Positions 1 to 10,442 of a stretch of 64,000 nt of DNA are shown piece after piece (the stretch's first letter is position 1; each line of letters opens with the position of its first letter). The notes beneath the pieces were generated by a model. That model saw only the letters and a list, made by a program, of their open reading frames with translations, made no database searches and had not been told where the DNA came from. The stretch is from Candidatus Tayloriibacteriota bacterium (GTDB lineage: Bacteria > Patescibacteriota > Minisyncoccia > Phycocordibacterales > PALSA-1337). The position numbers were made by a program, and so were the translations under genes. The stretch covers positions 7,203 to 71,202 of the forward strand of contig CAIOGI010000009.1 of NCBI GenBank assembly GCA_903857825.1, in the 5' to 3' direction.

Positions 1-523
1 TATTCTCAGTACCACCATCTTTAGGTCTTTCTCCTTCTTGAGTAATTATAACGTCAAAATCTGATTCAGGGAACCAGCCAATTTCATGAGATTCTATTCT
101 AAATATCTGGCGTGAACCAAGTGTATCTTTTTTAGAAAGTCGTTCTATAACAAGCTTAAGTAACTCAGGAGATTTAAGACTTTTTGATGCATGGATAAAG
201 ACCGCCTTTCTTGAATTTCGTTCAACATATTGAGCAATAAATACCCTGGTACAAACTTCGCCAGTAAGACCAGTACTCTTAAGGTCCGCCTTGTCCTCTA
301 TTGTCACGCATTCATTTCTCACGTCAACATTCGTCGGATTATTTAATGATATTTGGTAGTCCTCAATAATATCTGGAAATAATGATTCTAGACGAGCAGA
401 TTCTTTCGTATCTTTTTCTTCCTGTGAAATATACAAACTACTAACAAGAACAGATTCTCTTGCGTAGATAAACACTCCCACTATAACAATTATTACTAGC
501 GCTATAATTAGTATTTTTTTCAT
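1..523 (-). CDS. hypothetical protein with N-terminal signal-anchor/TM helix; C-terminus runs off the window
   Basis: Minus-strand ORF starting at ATG 521-523 (MKKILIIALVIIVIVGVFIYARES...) and continuing to the window edge. Its ATG overlaps the TGA of the GAPDH-tail fragment ORF (ATGA). Confidence 0.4.
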   Translation of the reverse strand, partial: MKKILIIALVIIVIVGVFIYARESVLVSSLYISQEEKDTKESARLESLFPDIIEDYQISLNNPTNVDVRNECVTIEDKADLKSTGLTGEVCTRVFIAQYVERNSRKAVFIHASKSLKSPELLKLVIERLSKKDTLGSRQIFRIESHEIGWFPESDFDVIITQEGERPKDGGTEN

Positions 524-645
524 ATAATTTTAATTATTAAATAATTCTCCCCCGCCTTCACCAAATGCTCCACCAAAATATTCGTATACCCCATTTCATA
601 TCGGTACCATGCTGGCAGATTTTTCATGTTTTTCGACTTTTTCAT
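520..645 (-). pseudogene. displaced GAPDH C-terminal fragment A (att remnant)
   Basis: Translates to MKKSKNMKNLPAWYRYEMGYTNILVEHLVKAGENYLIIKII. The intact gap at 48030-49022 ends ...LAWYDNEMGYTNTLVRHVIEAGKLI. The 21 nt tattcgtataccccatttcat (578-598) are identical to 48071-48091. Confidence 0.7.
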
Positions 646-975
646 AACTTTATTTTAACACGAGATTCAATTTGATTTAAATTCCTAGTACGCTCGTCTT
701 TCAAAATAGCAATAACATTGTGACCTTGAAAGGCGAGCGAGGATTGGAAATTTAGCTGTCAAAGTTCGTTAACATCATCATAAACAAACGCTTGTTTAAT
801 AGCAAGCGTCAAAATACGGCCTTTTTTATGGCCTTAATTCGCCTTTTCTTTCCACTCAACTTCCCCATCAAGCTGAAGTGTTTTTTGCCATATTTGCGGA
901 TCGTTGTTGATCCACCCTTACGACCTAGCTGTTGCGCTGCCTTGTTTTTCACATGTTTATTATAACAGACATAAA

Positions 976-1968
976 CTAGTAGTGAAGTGCTTTAGTTCTT
1001 GGCATTTTGTATTTTCGCATTCTTTGATTCCTTGGTACATTTCTGAATGCATCATATCGTCTCTGCAAATCGGGACCAGTCATCATGGTATAAATCATCG
1101 AGCTCTCCAAGCTGGAATGGCCAAGAATATTTGAAACATCTGAATTCGATCCGCCTTTGTTTACAATATCACGACCCATGAAATGTCTCATAGAGTGAGC
1201 ATTCAGAGTTGGTATGCCAGCACGGTTAGAATTTGTGCGTAACATTTCAGCAACTCCTACCACGGACATTCTTCGTCCTCTTACTGCATTTTGTCCACAT
1301 TTAGAGATCGATATAAATAAGGCATCAAGATCTTCAAAAGTAAAAAGTGAAAACAAATGTCTTCGTTTTTTGACCCATCTCTTTAGAAGAGCATTCGTGC
1401 TTGGTGTCCAGAATATTTCTCGGATCGGACGACGGCCACGAGATTTTTCAGTTCTGATCAGGGCTGTTCTCTTGCTCAAATTTAGGTCGCTTACATTGAG
1501 TGATAGTATTTCTCCATTTCTCGCGCCAGTATCCCATAGCAATGCCATCAGAGCACGATTTCTAATATGATGCGGTTTATTATCCTTCGGTATGGAGTTA
1601 ATAAGTTTTCTATATCCCTGTTCTGTTGCAATACGTGGTATGTTGTACTCCTTACGAGGAGTAGGTATAAGTGATTCGTTAATCACATTGAATTTCTGTA
1701 GGTTATAAAATTCAAAGAATTTCTTAAGCGCTAATGTGACAATAATTATGCCGTTCCGCTTCCAGCCGAGATCTTTCATCATATTCAAATAGTTCATCAC
1801 GTCATTGAGCGTGATGGATTCGATATGCGGATTACGCAAGTAGAGGCAAAATATTTTGAGAACCTTGTCATATCTAACTACGGTATGACTGGATACCTTG
1901 ATCTGTCTCCAATTGCTAAATTCATTTATTGCGTCTTTGAATAACATAATGGCAACCAAAAAGTCCAC
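976..1968 (-). CDS. int: tyrosine recombinase / phage-type integrase (XerC/D family)
   Basis: C-terminal catalytic motifs HSMRHFMGRDIV ... LGHSSLESSMIYT (R..H..R..Y). The ORF track uses GTG at 1968; an in-frame ATG at 1948 (MLFKDAINE...) is the more likely start. Confidence 0.85.
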   Translation of the reverse strand: MDFLVAIMLFKDAINEFSNWRQIKVSSHTVVRYDKVLKIFCLYLRNPHIESITLNDVMNYLNMMKDLGWKRNGIIIVTLALKKFFEFYNLQKFNVINESLIPTPRKEYNIPRIATEQGYRKLINSIPKDNKPHHIRNRALMALLWDTGARNGEILSLNVSDLNLSKRTALIRTEKSRGRRPIREIFWTPSTNALLKRWVKKRRHLFSLFTFEDLDALFISISKCGQNAVRGRRMSVVGVAEMLRTNSNRAGIPTLNAHSMRHFMGRDIVNKGGSNSDVSNILGHSSLESSMIYTMMTGPDLQRRYDAFRNVPRNQRMRKYKMPRTKALHY

Positions 1969-1996
1969 TCGATGCTACTCAAAGTGGACTTTTGGT
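1956..1996. promoter_or_regulatory. strong hairpin (14-15 bp stem, 12 nt loop) at the integrase 5' end
   Basis: accaaaaagtccact-cgatgctactcaa-agtggacttttggt. No T-run follows, so it is not a terminator. It overlaps the integrase start region. Confidence 0.4.
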
Positions 1997-2296
1997 GGCT
2001 GTCAGCTCAACGAGCATCTTGCCATTCCCTAGCTAGGGAGACGTAGTCTTACGACCACATCATTTACATTTTCCCCTATCCTTTCGGAAATAGCAAGGCA
2101 ATGTTAATCAAAAGTCCATTGGTAGCATCTGGCTAGAATAGCCTGATCCCTTTCGGGTACAATGGAATAATATTCGGTTGTCACTACATCCTAGTGTAGT
2201 GTCTAGCCATTGTCAAGAAGGATTATTCATTATGTAGTGTTGTTAAAGCAAAAATACTATATTGTCAATCAAAATAAGGGTATTTTGACCATTCCA

Positions 2297-2331
2297 TAAA
2301 AAAGTCGCAACGGTTTTTAGGCGTTGCGACA
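2297..2331 (-). terminator. rho-independent terminator downstream of ORF 2356-3372
   Basis: On the minus strand: GTCGCAACG-cctaaaaac-CGTTGCGAC followed by TTTTTTAT. Confidence 0.5.
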
Positions 2332-2355
2332 GATTTTTGACGGAATAGACACAGA

Positions 2356-3372
2356 TTAATCCAGTCTTTTCCGCATTTCCTTCAAGAACCAGATTACCTC
2401 GGTATTTAGGGTCGGCAGAGGCTCATTTGTGCCCACCTTTACTGGTATAGAGACCCTTGGATGGATTCCCAGAAGATCCCCTATCACGATGATCCGACCA
2501 CTTTCTTTGCTGATACGGTTGAATAGGTCGATTGCAACATTCAGGAAGGTGACTGATAGCTCCCGAGCATTCTCGGCAGGCATGCTTGTCCACTTTTCCA
2601 TCATACCAAATGGTAAAATGTAAGGATAGGCACAACTGTGGCTTTCCGCTGTTTGAACCGGCGCGAAGCTATGAGCTACATGCACACCGACAACACGTCC
2701 GCATCCAGGAACGAATGGGATAAGGTCGCGGTCGGCGATCCACTCGAACAGATTTTCGAAAGCATGAACGATCACGAGCTCGCCTTTGAAGGCTTTCTCG
2801 ATGACCGCCTTAGCCCCGATATCACAGAAGCCAACGATGACTGTAACAACATTTACGCCACGGGCTTCGAGCTCCTTGAGAATGTAAAGACAGGTATTGC
2901 CCCTGAATGCCCCTTCCTTGGCAAGAATCACGGGGCGGCCTGCAATTCTAAGGGTCAGATCGTCAAACTGCTTGTCGAGGTAATCAAAGCCTGGACGCGG
3001 ACCGTACCCGAGCATTTTGCCGTCCCTATCAAAGAGCCGGTTAATGCTTAGGTTCAGACCTTCCTGATTCGGATTCAAATCGTCCATCTCTGAGCAGGTG
3101 ACCAGAACGGCATGCCGATTATTCACAGCGATACATTCATGGACTTGATCCCAGATTTCTAACCTGAGATCATTCTTGTCGACGGGGTGAATCGCAGCAT
3201 TCGGAAATGCACGAGTTACCCTCTCGAGAAGACTTTGGTGCAGATGTCCGAATATTGGATCATCCAGATTCGGGACCGTCAGACCTTTCGATAGGAACGA
3301 TTGTAGACCGCTTGCTACGTCAAAGGAAACCACGCAGGTTCCCTGACGAGCTACTGGACTGGCAGATTGCAT
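2356..3372 (-). CDS. hypothetical protein (higher-GC gene next to the integrase); function not recognised
   Basis: 338-aa ORF with coding-like composition. No motif assignable with confidence. Confidence 0.45.
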   Translation of the reverse strand: MQSASPVARQGTCVVSFDVASGLQSFLSKGLTVPNLDDPIFGHLHQSLLERVTRAFPNAAIHPVDKNDLRLEIWDQVHECIAVNNRHAVLVTCSEMDDLNPNQEGLNLSINRLFDRDGKMLGYGPRPGFDYLDKQFDDLTLRIAGRPVILAKEGAFRGNTCLYILKELEARGVNVVTVIVGFCDIGAKAVIEKAFKGELVIVHAFENLFEWIADRDLIPFVPGCGRVVGVHVAHSFAPVQTAESHSCAYPYILPFGMMEKWTSMPAENARELSVTFLNVAIDLFNRISKESGRIIVIGDLLGIHPRVSIPVKVGTNEPLPTLNTEVIWFLKEMRKRLD

Positions 3373-3461
3373 AGGAACCTCCCTTTCTTGTGGTTGTTGA
3401 GTTGACTACGTTGAAAGAACACATCTGCTCTAGTCTATATTGGAATCAGCGAGAATGCTAC

Positions 3462-3779
3462 TTATTTATCCTCACCCTTGAGTCGCTCAATCATCATCTT
3501 GTATCCTCCACATCCTTCCTTCAGCCAGCGGTTGATCTTTGTAATGGTTACTGGAGATTCACCTGTTTCTTCTTGAATCTGTGTAAAAGGCACACCAGCG
3601 TAGAGTTTTTTAGCGACTTCCCAACGCATAGCGAATTCTCGGAGATCCCGTTCGCTCATAAGGTCTCGAAAAAAAGCTTTAAGTTCATCCTCGTTTTTGA
3701 TAGATAAAAAAGCCTTGAGCAAATCAGGAGATTTATTCTCTAATTCAGACCATATTCCATTTTTTTCTTCTTCAGTCAT
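3462..3779 (-). CDS. TrpR-like DNA-binding protein (YerC/YecD family)
   Basis: FRDLMSERDLREFAMRWEVAKKLYAGVPFTQIQEETGESPVTITKINRWLKEG matches the YerC/YecD TrpR-like fold. Confidence 0.6.
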   Translation of the reverse strand: MTEEEKNGIWSELENKSPDLLKAFLSIKNEDELKAFFRDLMSERDLREFAMRWEVAKKLYAGVPFTQIQEETGESPVTITKINRWLKEGCGGYKMMIERLKGEDK

Positions 3780-3884
3780 AGATACATTTTATCACTTGTT
3801 ATTAATCAAGCAAAGCCGACATGTTCAAATCGATATGAAATGAGGACATTACTCAATTTTTTATATATATGGTAATTATACCCT

Positions 3885-4187
3885 ATGCCCATATATAAAA
3901 TAGATCCGTTCAAGGAAGCAAGAAAGAACGCCCATATCTGGCGTGGCGAGAATGCCACCATCTGGTACAACGAAAAGCTTGATGGATCGTTCTCTGTTCT
4001 GGTGCTATACGAATTCGGGGATAAAAAACGCAGGCTTTTTTTGGAAATCAACGATCAGGATCGGCTTATAGAATTCAAAAATGATGATTTGCTATCGGAA
4101 CAATTTTCATCATTACTACAAGAAATTCTCACTATAGAAAAGTTAATTTCAAATTCAAAAGATTTGACTGGGTCTTTACCCTTCTGA
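3885..4187 (+). CDS. hypothetical protein
   Basis: 100-aa ORF, the only plus-strand gene in this block. No recognisable domain. Confidence 0.3.
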   Translation: MPIYKIDPFKEARKNAHIWRGENATIWYNEKLDGSFSVLVLYEFGDKKRRLFLEINDQDRLIEFKNDDLLSEQFSSLLQEILTIEKLISNSKDLTGSLPF

Positions 4188-4198
4188 TTCCATCACCC

Positions 4199-5233
4199 CT
4201 ACTGAGTCTGCTCAAATGAATAATTGACGCTCTGGCTAATCGAAGTATTTTTATTGCTAAAATAATTGTTAAATATAAATACTGCACCGATAATAGCCAC
4301 AACTGCAAGTCCGTTGGTGATAAGATCAGGATGTTTTAAATTAAAATTAATGGCAGTATGCAGAACCAACGCCAATAACACTATACCGAGAATAATATAC
4401 AATATAATATTGAATGAATGATGTGGTGAAGCGACGATCCGTTCAAAAAACGAAGGTTCATTTTGATTTTGAGAAGAGACTTGGGCATTATCTGAAGATT
4501 CAGAAATAACCTTATCAGGTATCGTCTGGGTCTTATCATTTGCTTCGGGAATAGCTGTTTCAGCACCTAGAACATTTTCTGTAGGCATATCAATAGCTAC
4601 CGATTGCGTAATAGCTTGAGTATGCACTTCGTCTTTATATGCCATAGCTACTGTTTTAGTTGGCTTTGGGTTTGCGTACACTTGGGCGATAAATACCGTC
4701 TCCCTGCCTTCAAACATCCCGGTTGCCACCCCTGTTCCGACCTCTCGGTATGATGCTTTTACGATGTTTGCCCGATGGGTCGGCGAATTCATCCAGGCTT
4801 TAGTGACATCTTCCGAATCAGTAAAATTAATAGCCAAATTTTCGCCGGCATAATCATATTGATACCCGACAGTATTTAGCCAGTGCCAGGGCGTTATTCC
4901 TTCTGGGCTCGTATGTGCAAAATATCCTTTTTTGGCCATGTCATCGGCTTTCAATTGAGCCGCTTCAGTCAAAAGCGGACTTACAACGAGATCAGGAAGT
5001 TTATTGTGTTCTCTTTCTTCATTTGTCAGGGTGGCAAGAACGGCTGGCAGAACACTAGCGAGATTGGAATTTTGAACAATAGCAACAAATGTTATAGTCG
5101 GTACAATGAAAGCAAGAAGTTCAAGAACCAAAACAATGCCGACTATAGATTGAGCGTTTTTCCCATGCAAAAAATGCGGCCGAAAGTCGTTTCCATGATG
5201 AGGTATAAAATGTTTTTTCAACCAGGAAATCAT
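4199..5233 (-). CDS. CAP/SCP/PR-1 domain protein with N- and C-terminal TM segments
   Basis: GYFAHTSPEG...WMNSPTHRANIVKASYREVGTG is the CAP (YkwD-like) signature. Hydrophobic N- and C-termini. Confidence 0.6.
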   Translation of the reverse strand: MISWLKKHFIPHHGNDFRPHFLHGKNAQSIVGIVLVLELLAFIVPTITFVAIVQNSNLASVLPAVLATLTNEEREHNKLPDLVVSPLLTEAAQLKADDMAKKGYFAHTSPEGITPWHWLNTVGYQYDYAGENLAINFTDSEDVTKAWMNSPTHRANIVKASYREVGTGVATGMFEGRETVFIAQVYANPKPTKTVAMAYKDEVHTQAITQSVAIDMPTENVLGAETAIPEANDKTQTIPDKVISESSDNAQVSSQNQNEPSFFERIVASPHHSFNIILYIILGIVLLALVLHTAINFNLKHPDLITNGLAVVAIIGAVFIFNNYFSNKNTSISQSVNYSFEQTQ

Positions 5234-5300
5234 ATCGTGTTCAATTATACAACAATCCCCCGCCCTTATAAAGATGCGGGGGATTGTATATAAAGCCTTA

Positions 5301-5732
5301 CTATCCGTTGATCTCTGCTCTGGTCAGAGGACCAAAGAATCCAGTGACATATCCGATGCCTGGATGTGCTGCTTGAAACGCTTTCAGCGCCGCAAAGGTG
5401 ACTGGACCGAAATAGCCAGTATCAGTGGGATGCTTGAAAAAGCCTTCAGCGCGGAGGAGTTTCTGGAGCTCCATCACCTCATTGTCTTGCATGCCCATAC
5501 GCAAGTCTTTTGTGAAGAGGAATGTCTCCGCTCCCAAGACTCGAGGGGTTGCAACTGTTACAACGGGCACAGGAACATACCAACCTCCACCACCGCCACC
5601 ACTACTGTAACTACCACTGCTGCTGCTACTGCCACTACTTCCGTAGCCGTACGCCGTACCAAAACCAACTGCTGAAATCAGCACAAGGCTAAGTGCTGTT
5701 AGAGTTGATTTTATGAATATTTTTTTGTTCAT
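5301..5732 (-). CDS. secreted peptidoglycan-binding domain protein with a Gly/Ser-rich linker
   Basis: Signal peptide, then a poly-G/S stretch, then a PG_binding_1-like region (MELQKLLRAEGFF...GYFGPVTFAALKAFQ). Confidence 0.6.
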   Translation of the reverse strand: MNKKIFIKSTLTALSLVLISAVGFGTAYGYGSSGSSSSSGSYSSGGGGGGWYVPVPVVTVATPRVLGAETFLFTKDLRMGMQDNEVMELQKLLRAEGFFKHPTDTGYFGPVTFAALKAFQAAHPGIGYVTGFFGPLTRAEING

Positions 5733-5854
5733 AATTTTTTATTTGGCGATATTATTAAAGCCAAACATTTATTAATAATAATTATACTATAGACCAAACG
5801 CGAAGTTAAGGCTTTTATTCACGTTCCAAACATGTTACCATAAAAGAAAGTTAT

Positions 5855-7363
5855 ATGCAAGAGTCAACTTATCCACAAACAAAAAGGACAAATCTAACAT
5901 ATGGCCTACTGGCTGTGTTCTCTGCCGTTCTGATCTTGGGCGGTTTTTTTCGACTCTATAATCTGGGATCTCAGTCATATTGGATGGATGAAGGATATAC
6001 AATCAACGCGGTCAAGGCGATCCAAGAAAAGGGTTCGACAATTCTTGATTCAGGTCTTCCTTATTTTTGTCCTATGTACTGTTATCCGACGGCACTTATA
6101 TCAAACGCCTTAGGTGCTTCGCCGACAAGTTATCGCTTACTTTCAGTTTTGACAGGTCTGGCATTCATTGTAGCAATGTTTTTTATTACGCGAAAATTGT
6201 TCAATCAGAATGTAGCCATGTTAACATCTGTAGCACTGACTTTTTCATATTGGCAGATCGCATGGTCGCGCCAAGCTCGCTGGTACACCCTGTTTGCTTT
6301 ATTCTTCTGGGTTGCGCTTTATTTTTTTCATCAATCACTTTATGGAGAAAAGAACAGAGCTTGGCATGGTATTTTTGCTGTCGTTTTCACTATCTTCGCA
6401 ATTATGACTCATGGCTTGGGATACCTCTTGCCCTTGATATTCATCGGCTGGATCCTGATTGATCGAATATTCTTAGGCAAAAAAATGAACTTTGGATACC
6501 TGATCAAGGTGATCAGTACCATAGTTGTCTTGGCTACAATCTCGCTAGTATTTCTATCGCAAAAGTTTGGAATTCATTATGAGCTTCCCTACTATGTCAG
6601 TTTTTACATAAGAGCTTATTGGCTTTTCTTGATATTTTTGATAATCGGATTCTTTGCGATTACGCATTCAATGAAACGAGAAATGTATTTCTTACTTTTT
6701 GTTCTATTATCGTATCTTATTCCTCTCTCATTTCTAACAAACATAGTCCATTACAGATACCTTTTTCATGTCACTCCAGTATTCATACTGCTTGGCACAG
6801 CTGGCATGTTAGCGATCAATGATAATTTGAAAAATAACTACACGAAATCATCATTTTGGATCGTACTCACTATCCTATTCTTTACTATCGGCGGCGGAGT
6901 CTTTATTCCACGTACTGAATATTTTTTGGAATCCGATAATCCAGAAACAATCGGTGAGAGACCATCGTACGCCTATACACCGCAACCAGATTGGAATGCT
7001 GCATATGAATTTCTCGAGATAAACAGAGAGGAGGGAGACATTGTCATATCAAGTCAGCCGCAATTTACCAAGATTTTTCTTAATGATCCAGGATATTGGA
7101 TCAAGTACGACTATCTTGGTTTTGCAGACCAGGTAAAGGAACCTACAGGCGACACTGAATACTATGTTGGAGCAAAAGTAATTGATGATCTACAGGAACT
7201 TCAGGTAATTGCTTCGTCTGCGCATGGTTTTGTTATATTCGATCATATGTCCGCGGATGGAAAGATTGCGGAAAATATTATCAGCTACATTCGAGACAAT
7301 TTCAAGTTGGTGTTTGAAAAAAAGACAAACCCTTGGTCAGAGGTGTGGATTTATAAATTCTAA
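5855..7363 (+). CDS. GT-C fold integral membrane glycosyltransferase-like protein (ArnT/PMT, GT39/83-like)
   Basis: Eleven or more predicted TM helices. The N-terminal loop YWMDEGYTINA resembles the polyprenyl-P-sugar dependent GT-C transferases. Confidence 0.5.
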   Translation: MQESTYPQTKRTNLTYGLLAVFSAVLILGGFFRLYNLGSQSYWMDEGYTINAVKAIQEKGSTILDSGLPYFCPMYCYPTALISNALGASPTSYRLLSVLTGLAFIVAMFFITRKLFNQNVAMLTSVALTFSYWQIAWSRQARWYTLFALFFWVALYFFHQSLYGEKNRAWHGIFAVVFTIFAIMTHGLGYLLPLIFIGWILIDRIFLGKKMNFGYLIKVISTIVVLATISLVFLSQKFGIHYELPYYVSFYIRAYWLFLIFLIIGFFAITHSMKREMYFLLFVLLSYLIPLSFLTNIVHYRYLFHVTPVFILLGTAGMLAINDNLKNNYTKSSFWIVLTILFFTIGGGVFIPRTEYFLESDNPETIGERPSYAYTPQPDWNAAYEFLEINREEGDIVISSQPQFTKIFLNDPGYWIKYDYLGFADQVKEPTGDTEYYVGAKVIDDLQELQVIASSAHGFVIFDHMSADGKIAENIISYIRDNFKLVFEKKTNPWSEVWIYKF

Positions 7364-7366
7364 AAA

Positions 7367-8497
7367 ATGAATTTGCTTAAATATCTGAACAGAGGTAAAT
7401 TAATCGTAATGAAACAATTTTGGAATAATGTCAAAGATGGTCAATGGCTCAAATCACATGCTTTTTGGTTAAGATTTTTTGCATACGGGATACCATTTGC
7501 TTTTCTTCTATATATGCTTTATTGGAACTTTTTGCCTTTCGGATACGATAAAGAGTTTGTTATAGATGTCGGATCACCTTCTGATATGTCTGGAGAATTT
7601 AGGCTTAAGCCGTCAGAGTACCTGTCGGATCGAATGTCTACCACTACCATGAATGGTTTTGTAGAGACTTGGAGAGAAATTAGTGGACCAATTTATGCAG
7701 TGTATAACCCTTCAGGAGTTCTTCGCGATAAACGCATGTATATTGATGTTGAAGGTGACAATGTTACAGTAATGCCGTTAGAAATTAGTGACGATTATAG
7801 TAGATATGACTGGGATTATATATGGGATTTCACACATGGTTCCAAACCAGCTGAATTTTATGGTAAAGCAGATTTTTTCTCAGATAACAGTACTCAAGCA
7901 TGTGCTTACTTTGACGGAAATTCGGGAGACCGGCTCGAGTTGTCAAATTCTGCCGATCTTTTTGAAGATCAGGCATTCTCTGTATATGTAAACTGGCAAC
8001 CAGATAACGACGCAACGAGTTCTCAACAAATTGTCGGACATTATAATTGGGAACTCTTTCAAAATCGTGATAGCGTTGTCTTCCAAGTAGGCAGAATGAG
8101 TAATCAGAATGGCCCTTTTTTCTCCATTCGGTATCCTGTCACTCCTGATTTTTTTGGGAGGAAACATGCAGCATTGGCTATATATAATCCCTCCAATGAA
8201 GACGGCCGTATTGATCTGTATATTGACGAACGATATGTTGGCAGGACATATTTTCAGCGGTTGAGAATATGGCCTGGCTATAATAGTAATCGAGATCTTT
8301 CTTTTGGTAAGAGCGAACATGGAAATGGTACATATTTTACAGGATGTATATTTAGATCCGCTATTATGAATGGAGTAGCAATCAGCGATAGAAAAAACTT
8401 ATCATATCGCATAAATGGTATGGGTGAAATCTCCATACCACTAATGACCACAGGAAGATCAGTAATCCGATCCGTAATTTTACGCGTCAATAATTAG
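7367..8497 (+). CDS. membrane-anchored LamG/concanavalin-A-like lectin domain protein
   Basis: One N-terminal TM segment. FSVYVNWQPDN...ALAIYNPSNEDGRIDLYIDERYVG matches the LamG jelly-roll pattern. Confidence 0.4.
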   Translation: MNLLKYLNRGKLIVMKQFWNNVKDGQWLKSHAFWLRFFAYGIPFAFLLYMLYWNFLPFGYDKEFVIDVGSPSDMSGEFRLKPSEYLSDRMSTTTMNGFVETWREISGPIYAVYNPSGVLRDKRMYIDVEGDNVTVMPLEISDDYSRYDWDYIWDFTHGSKPAEFYGKADFFSDNSTQACAYFDGNSGDRLELSNSADLFEDQAFSVYVNWQPDNDATSSQQIVGHYNWELFQNRDSVVFQVGRMSNQNGPFFSIRYPVTPDFFGRKHAALAIYNPSNEDGRIDLYIDERYVGRTYFQRLRIWPGYNSNRDLSFGKSEHGNGTYFTGCIFRSAIMNGVAISDRKNLSYRINGMGEISIPLMTTGRSVIRSVILRVNN

Positions 8498-8498
8498 A

Positions 8499-10442
8499 AT
8501 GACTAACATCTCCACAATTAACAGAAAATCATATAGAGCATGGATCGTATTTCGTACATACTTTGTTACGCCTTTTTGTCTCACTTCGTTTTCAATTGGT
8601 ATAGGACTTTATATCTATTCTTTTTTTTCAAATTCCTTTATTTGTCCAAGCTGGGTATTAATTATTTCATCGATACTCGGATATATAGCGATCCTTAACC
8701 GCATTCATGATAGATTTAGAATATCACTACTGATCTTCATTTCTTGCTTGTTCTATTTGCTGATAATAATTCTAACTGGGGCTGATGGAGTTTTTCTGAA
8801 AATCACAAACTCAGTTGCATTTTCGGTTATGATTTCCTCTTTGGCTTATCTTTGCATTAGTAAAATTTTTTATCACTCAGAGAATAGTTCAGGTCTTGAG
8901 GCCATCAGTAAAAGTAAGAAGGGTCTATACATATTTCCATGTCTGCTGGTCATCCTAATTTCATTTGGAATATTTATACGTATGAAAGGTGTTGCTTCAC
9001 TTGGTTTTTGGTTCGATGAATCGATTTCAGCGCTAGTGGCACAGCGCATCTCCGGTGGATGGTCGGACACATTCCTATCCGGAATTCATTATGGACGGGG
9101 ACTTTTCTATCACTATATACTTTCCCTATTTACTGGATCATTCGAAAATATATATTTTGCCAGTCGACTAGCTAATGTAGTCTTCTTCATTCCAACAAGT
9201 ATTGTTGTTTATCTCTGGACTAAGAGAATTCGTGGCGAATACGCGGCTACTATAGCCACGAGCATATTTTGCTTAGCACCATTTAATATAGCAATGTTTC
9301 GCGAAGCTAGATTCTATGAATTCTTATCACTACTAGTAATTTTGATTGGATTCTTTTCGTATATTCTCATTGAGAAGATCATTAAACAAAATAAAGGGAA
9401 AATACTGATATCTAAAATTAAAATTGACCTGGAAACTATTTTGCTATTCGCAATGATTGTGGTACTGGGTATCTTAGCATTACAAACTAATGAAATTGTC
9501 GCCTATCTGATTTATTTTCCAATTGTTTTTGGTCTATATATGCTGGTAATCTTTCGAGAAAAATTTGGAATTTATCTTATCCTTTCCTTTTTTTCACTAT
9601 TAATCGCAGCACTGCTTATTAAATATGGTCTAGATTTCAAATATATCTATATATTCAAACAACCACAAATACCATGGAAGGCTTTGACATCAGCAGAAAG
9701 TTTCTCGGCTTTCTTTCACTATTTTCTCAGTATTGCCGATCCATATTTTCGAATCATTATTCCAATCGGCTTTCTATGGATTACGACAAGATTAAAGGAT
9801 TGGAAGGCTCAGTATGTATTCCTGTTTGTGATCTGTATCTACTCAATTATAAGCATACAAGGATATGGATTGGCCGGTTTGAGATATTACTATTTTTTAA
9901 TGCCCTTCGTTGCCATTATTATCGGATTAAGTTTATGGAACCTCTTTTTGTTTTCAAATAATAAAATCGTTAGAATTTTTTCATCATTACTAATTATAAT
10001 GATACTTAGCGGCTATTTTATTGCAGGTATAAAAGAATCTAACGCTGTGGTAAATAGTGATTCAGTTGTTGATATTAAAAACGTTCAGCTAAATGATTCG
10101 TTTGCTTATTTACTTAGCCGGCCAGATATCCAAACATCAACAATCATTTCTGATCTGCATAGTTCAGTTCCATTCTACATTTATTCATCACGTATTCCGG
10201 ATTTCTTAATAGCTGAAGATCCTAAAATCGAACCAAACATTGTTCGTAACGGAAAAGATATATACCTTGGTATGAAAACAATAAACTTCACCGATATCGC
10301 TTCCATAAGTGATCAAAATACTTATGTTATTAACTGGTATTCTCCATCCCTGACTCCTAAAAACATGCAGGAGTTTTTACAAAATAATGGTGAATTAATT
10401 TACAAGCATGGACCAGAACGTATTTATCTTATTAGGAAATGA
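8499..10442 (+). CDS. GT-C fold integral membrane glycosyltransferase-like protein (ArnT/PMT-like)
   Basis: 647 aa and polytopic. GFWFDESISALVAQRISGGW loop. Large C-terminal periplasmic domain. Confidence 0.5.
   Translation: MTNISTINRKSYRAWIVFRTYFVTPFCLTSFSIGIGLYIYSFFSNSFICPSWVLIISSILGYIAILNRIHDRFRISLLIFISCLFYLLIIILTGADGVFLKITNSVAFSVMISSLAYLCISKIFYHSENSSGLEAISKSKKGLYIFPCLLVILISFGIFIRMKGVASLGFWFDESISALVAQRISGGWSDTFLSGIHYGRGLFYHYILSLFTGSFENIYFASRLANVVFFIPTSIVVYLWTKRIRGEYAATIATSIFCLAPFNIAMFREARFYEFLSLLVILIGFFSYILIEKIIKQNKGKILISKIKIDLETILLFAMIVVLGILALQTNEIVAYLIYFPIVFGLYMLVIFREKFGIYLILSFFSLLIAALLIKYGLDFKYIYIFKQPQIPWKALTSAESFSAFFHYFLSIADPYFRIIIPIGFLWITTRLKDWKAQYVFLFVICIYSIISIQGYGLAGLRYYYFLMPFVAIIIGLSLWNLFLFSNNKIVRIFSSLLIIMILSGYFIAGIKESNAVVNSDSVVDIKNVQLNDSFAYLLSRPDIQTSTIISDLHSSVPFYIYSSRIPDFLIAEDPKIEPNIVRNGKDIYLGMKTINFTDIASISDQNTYVINWYSPSLTPKNMQEFLQNNGELIYKHGPERIYLIRK

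Noticed and set aside
904-1570. Plus-strand ORFs 904-1134 and 1214-1570
   Set aside because: Antisense to the well-supported integrase gene.
540-2100. tRNA or tmRNA gene as the integrase target
   Set aside because: No tRNA-like T-arm/acceptor sequence was found near either end of the element. The duplicated sequence is unambiguously the coding 3' end of gap.
5274-5675. Plus-strand ORF with TTATTTVTTTAAATATT run
   Set aside because: Antisense to the Gly/Ser-rich linker of the PG-binding protein; low-complexity artefact.
6067-6462. 131-aa plus-strand ORF in an alternative frame
   Set aside because: Lies inside the GT-C membrane protein gene 5855-7363, which has much better coding character.
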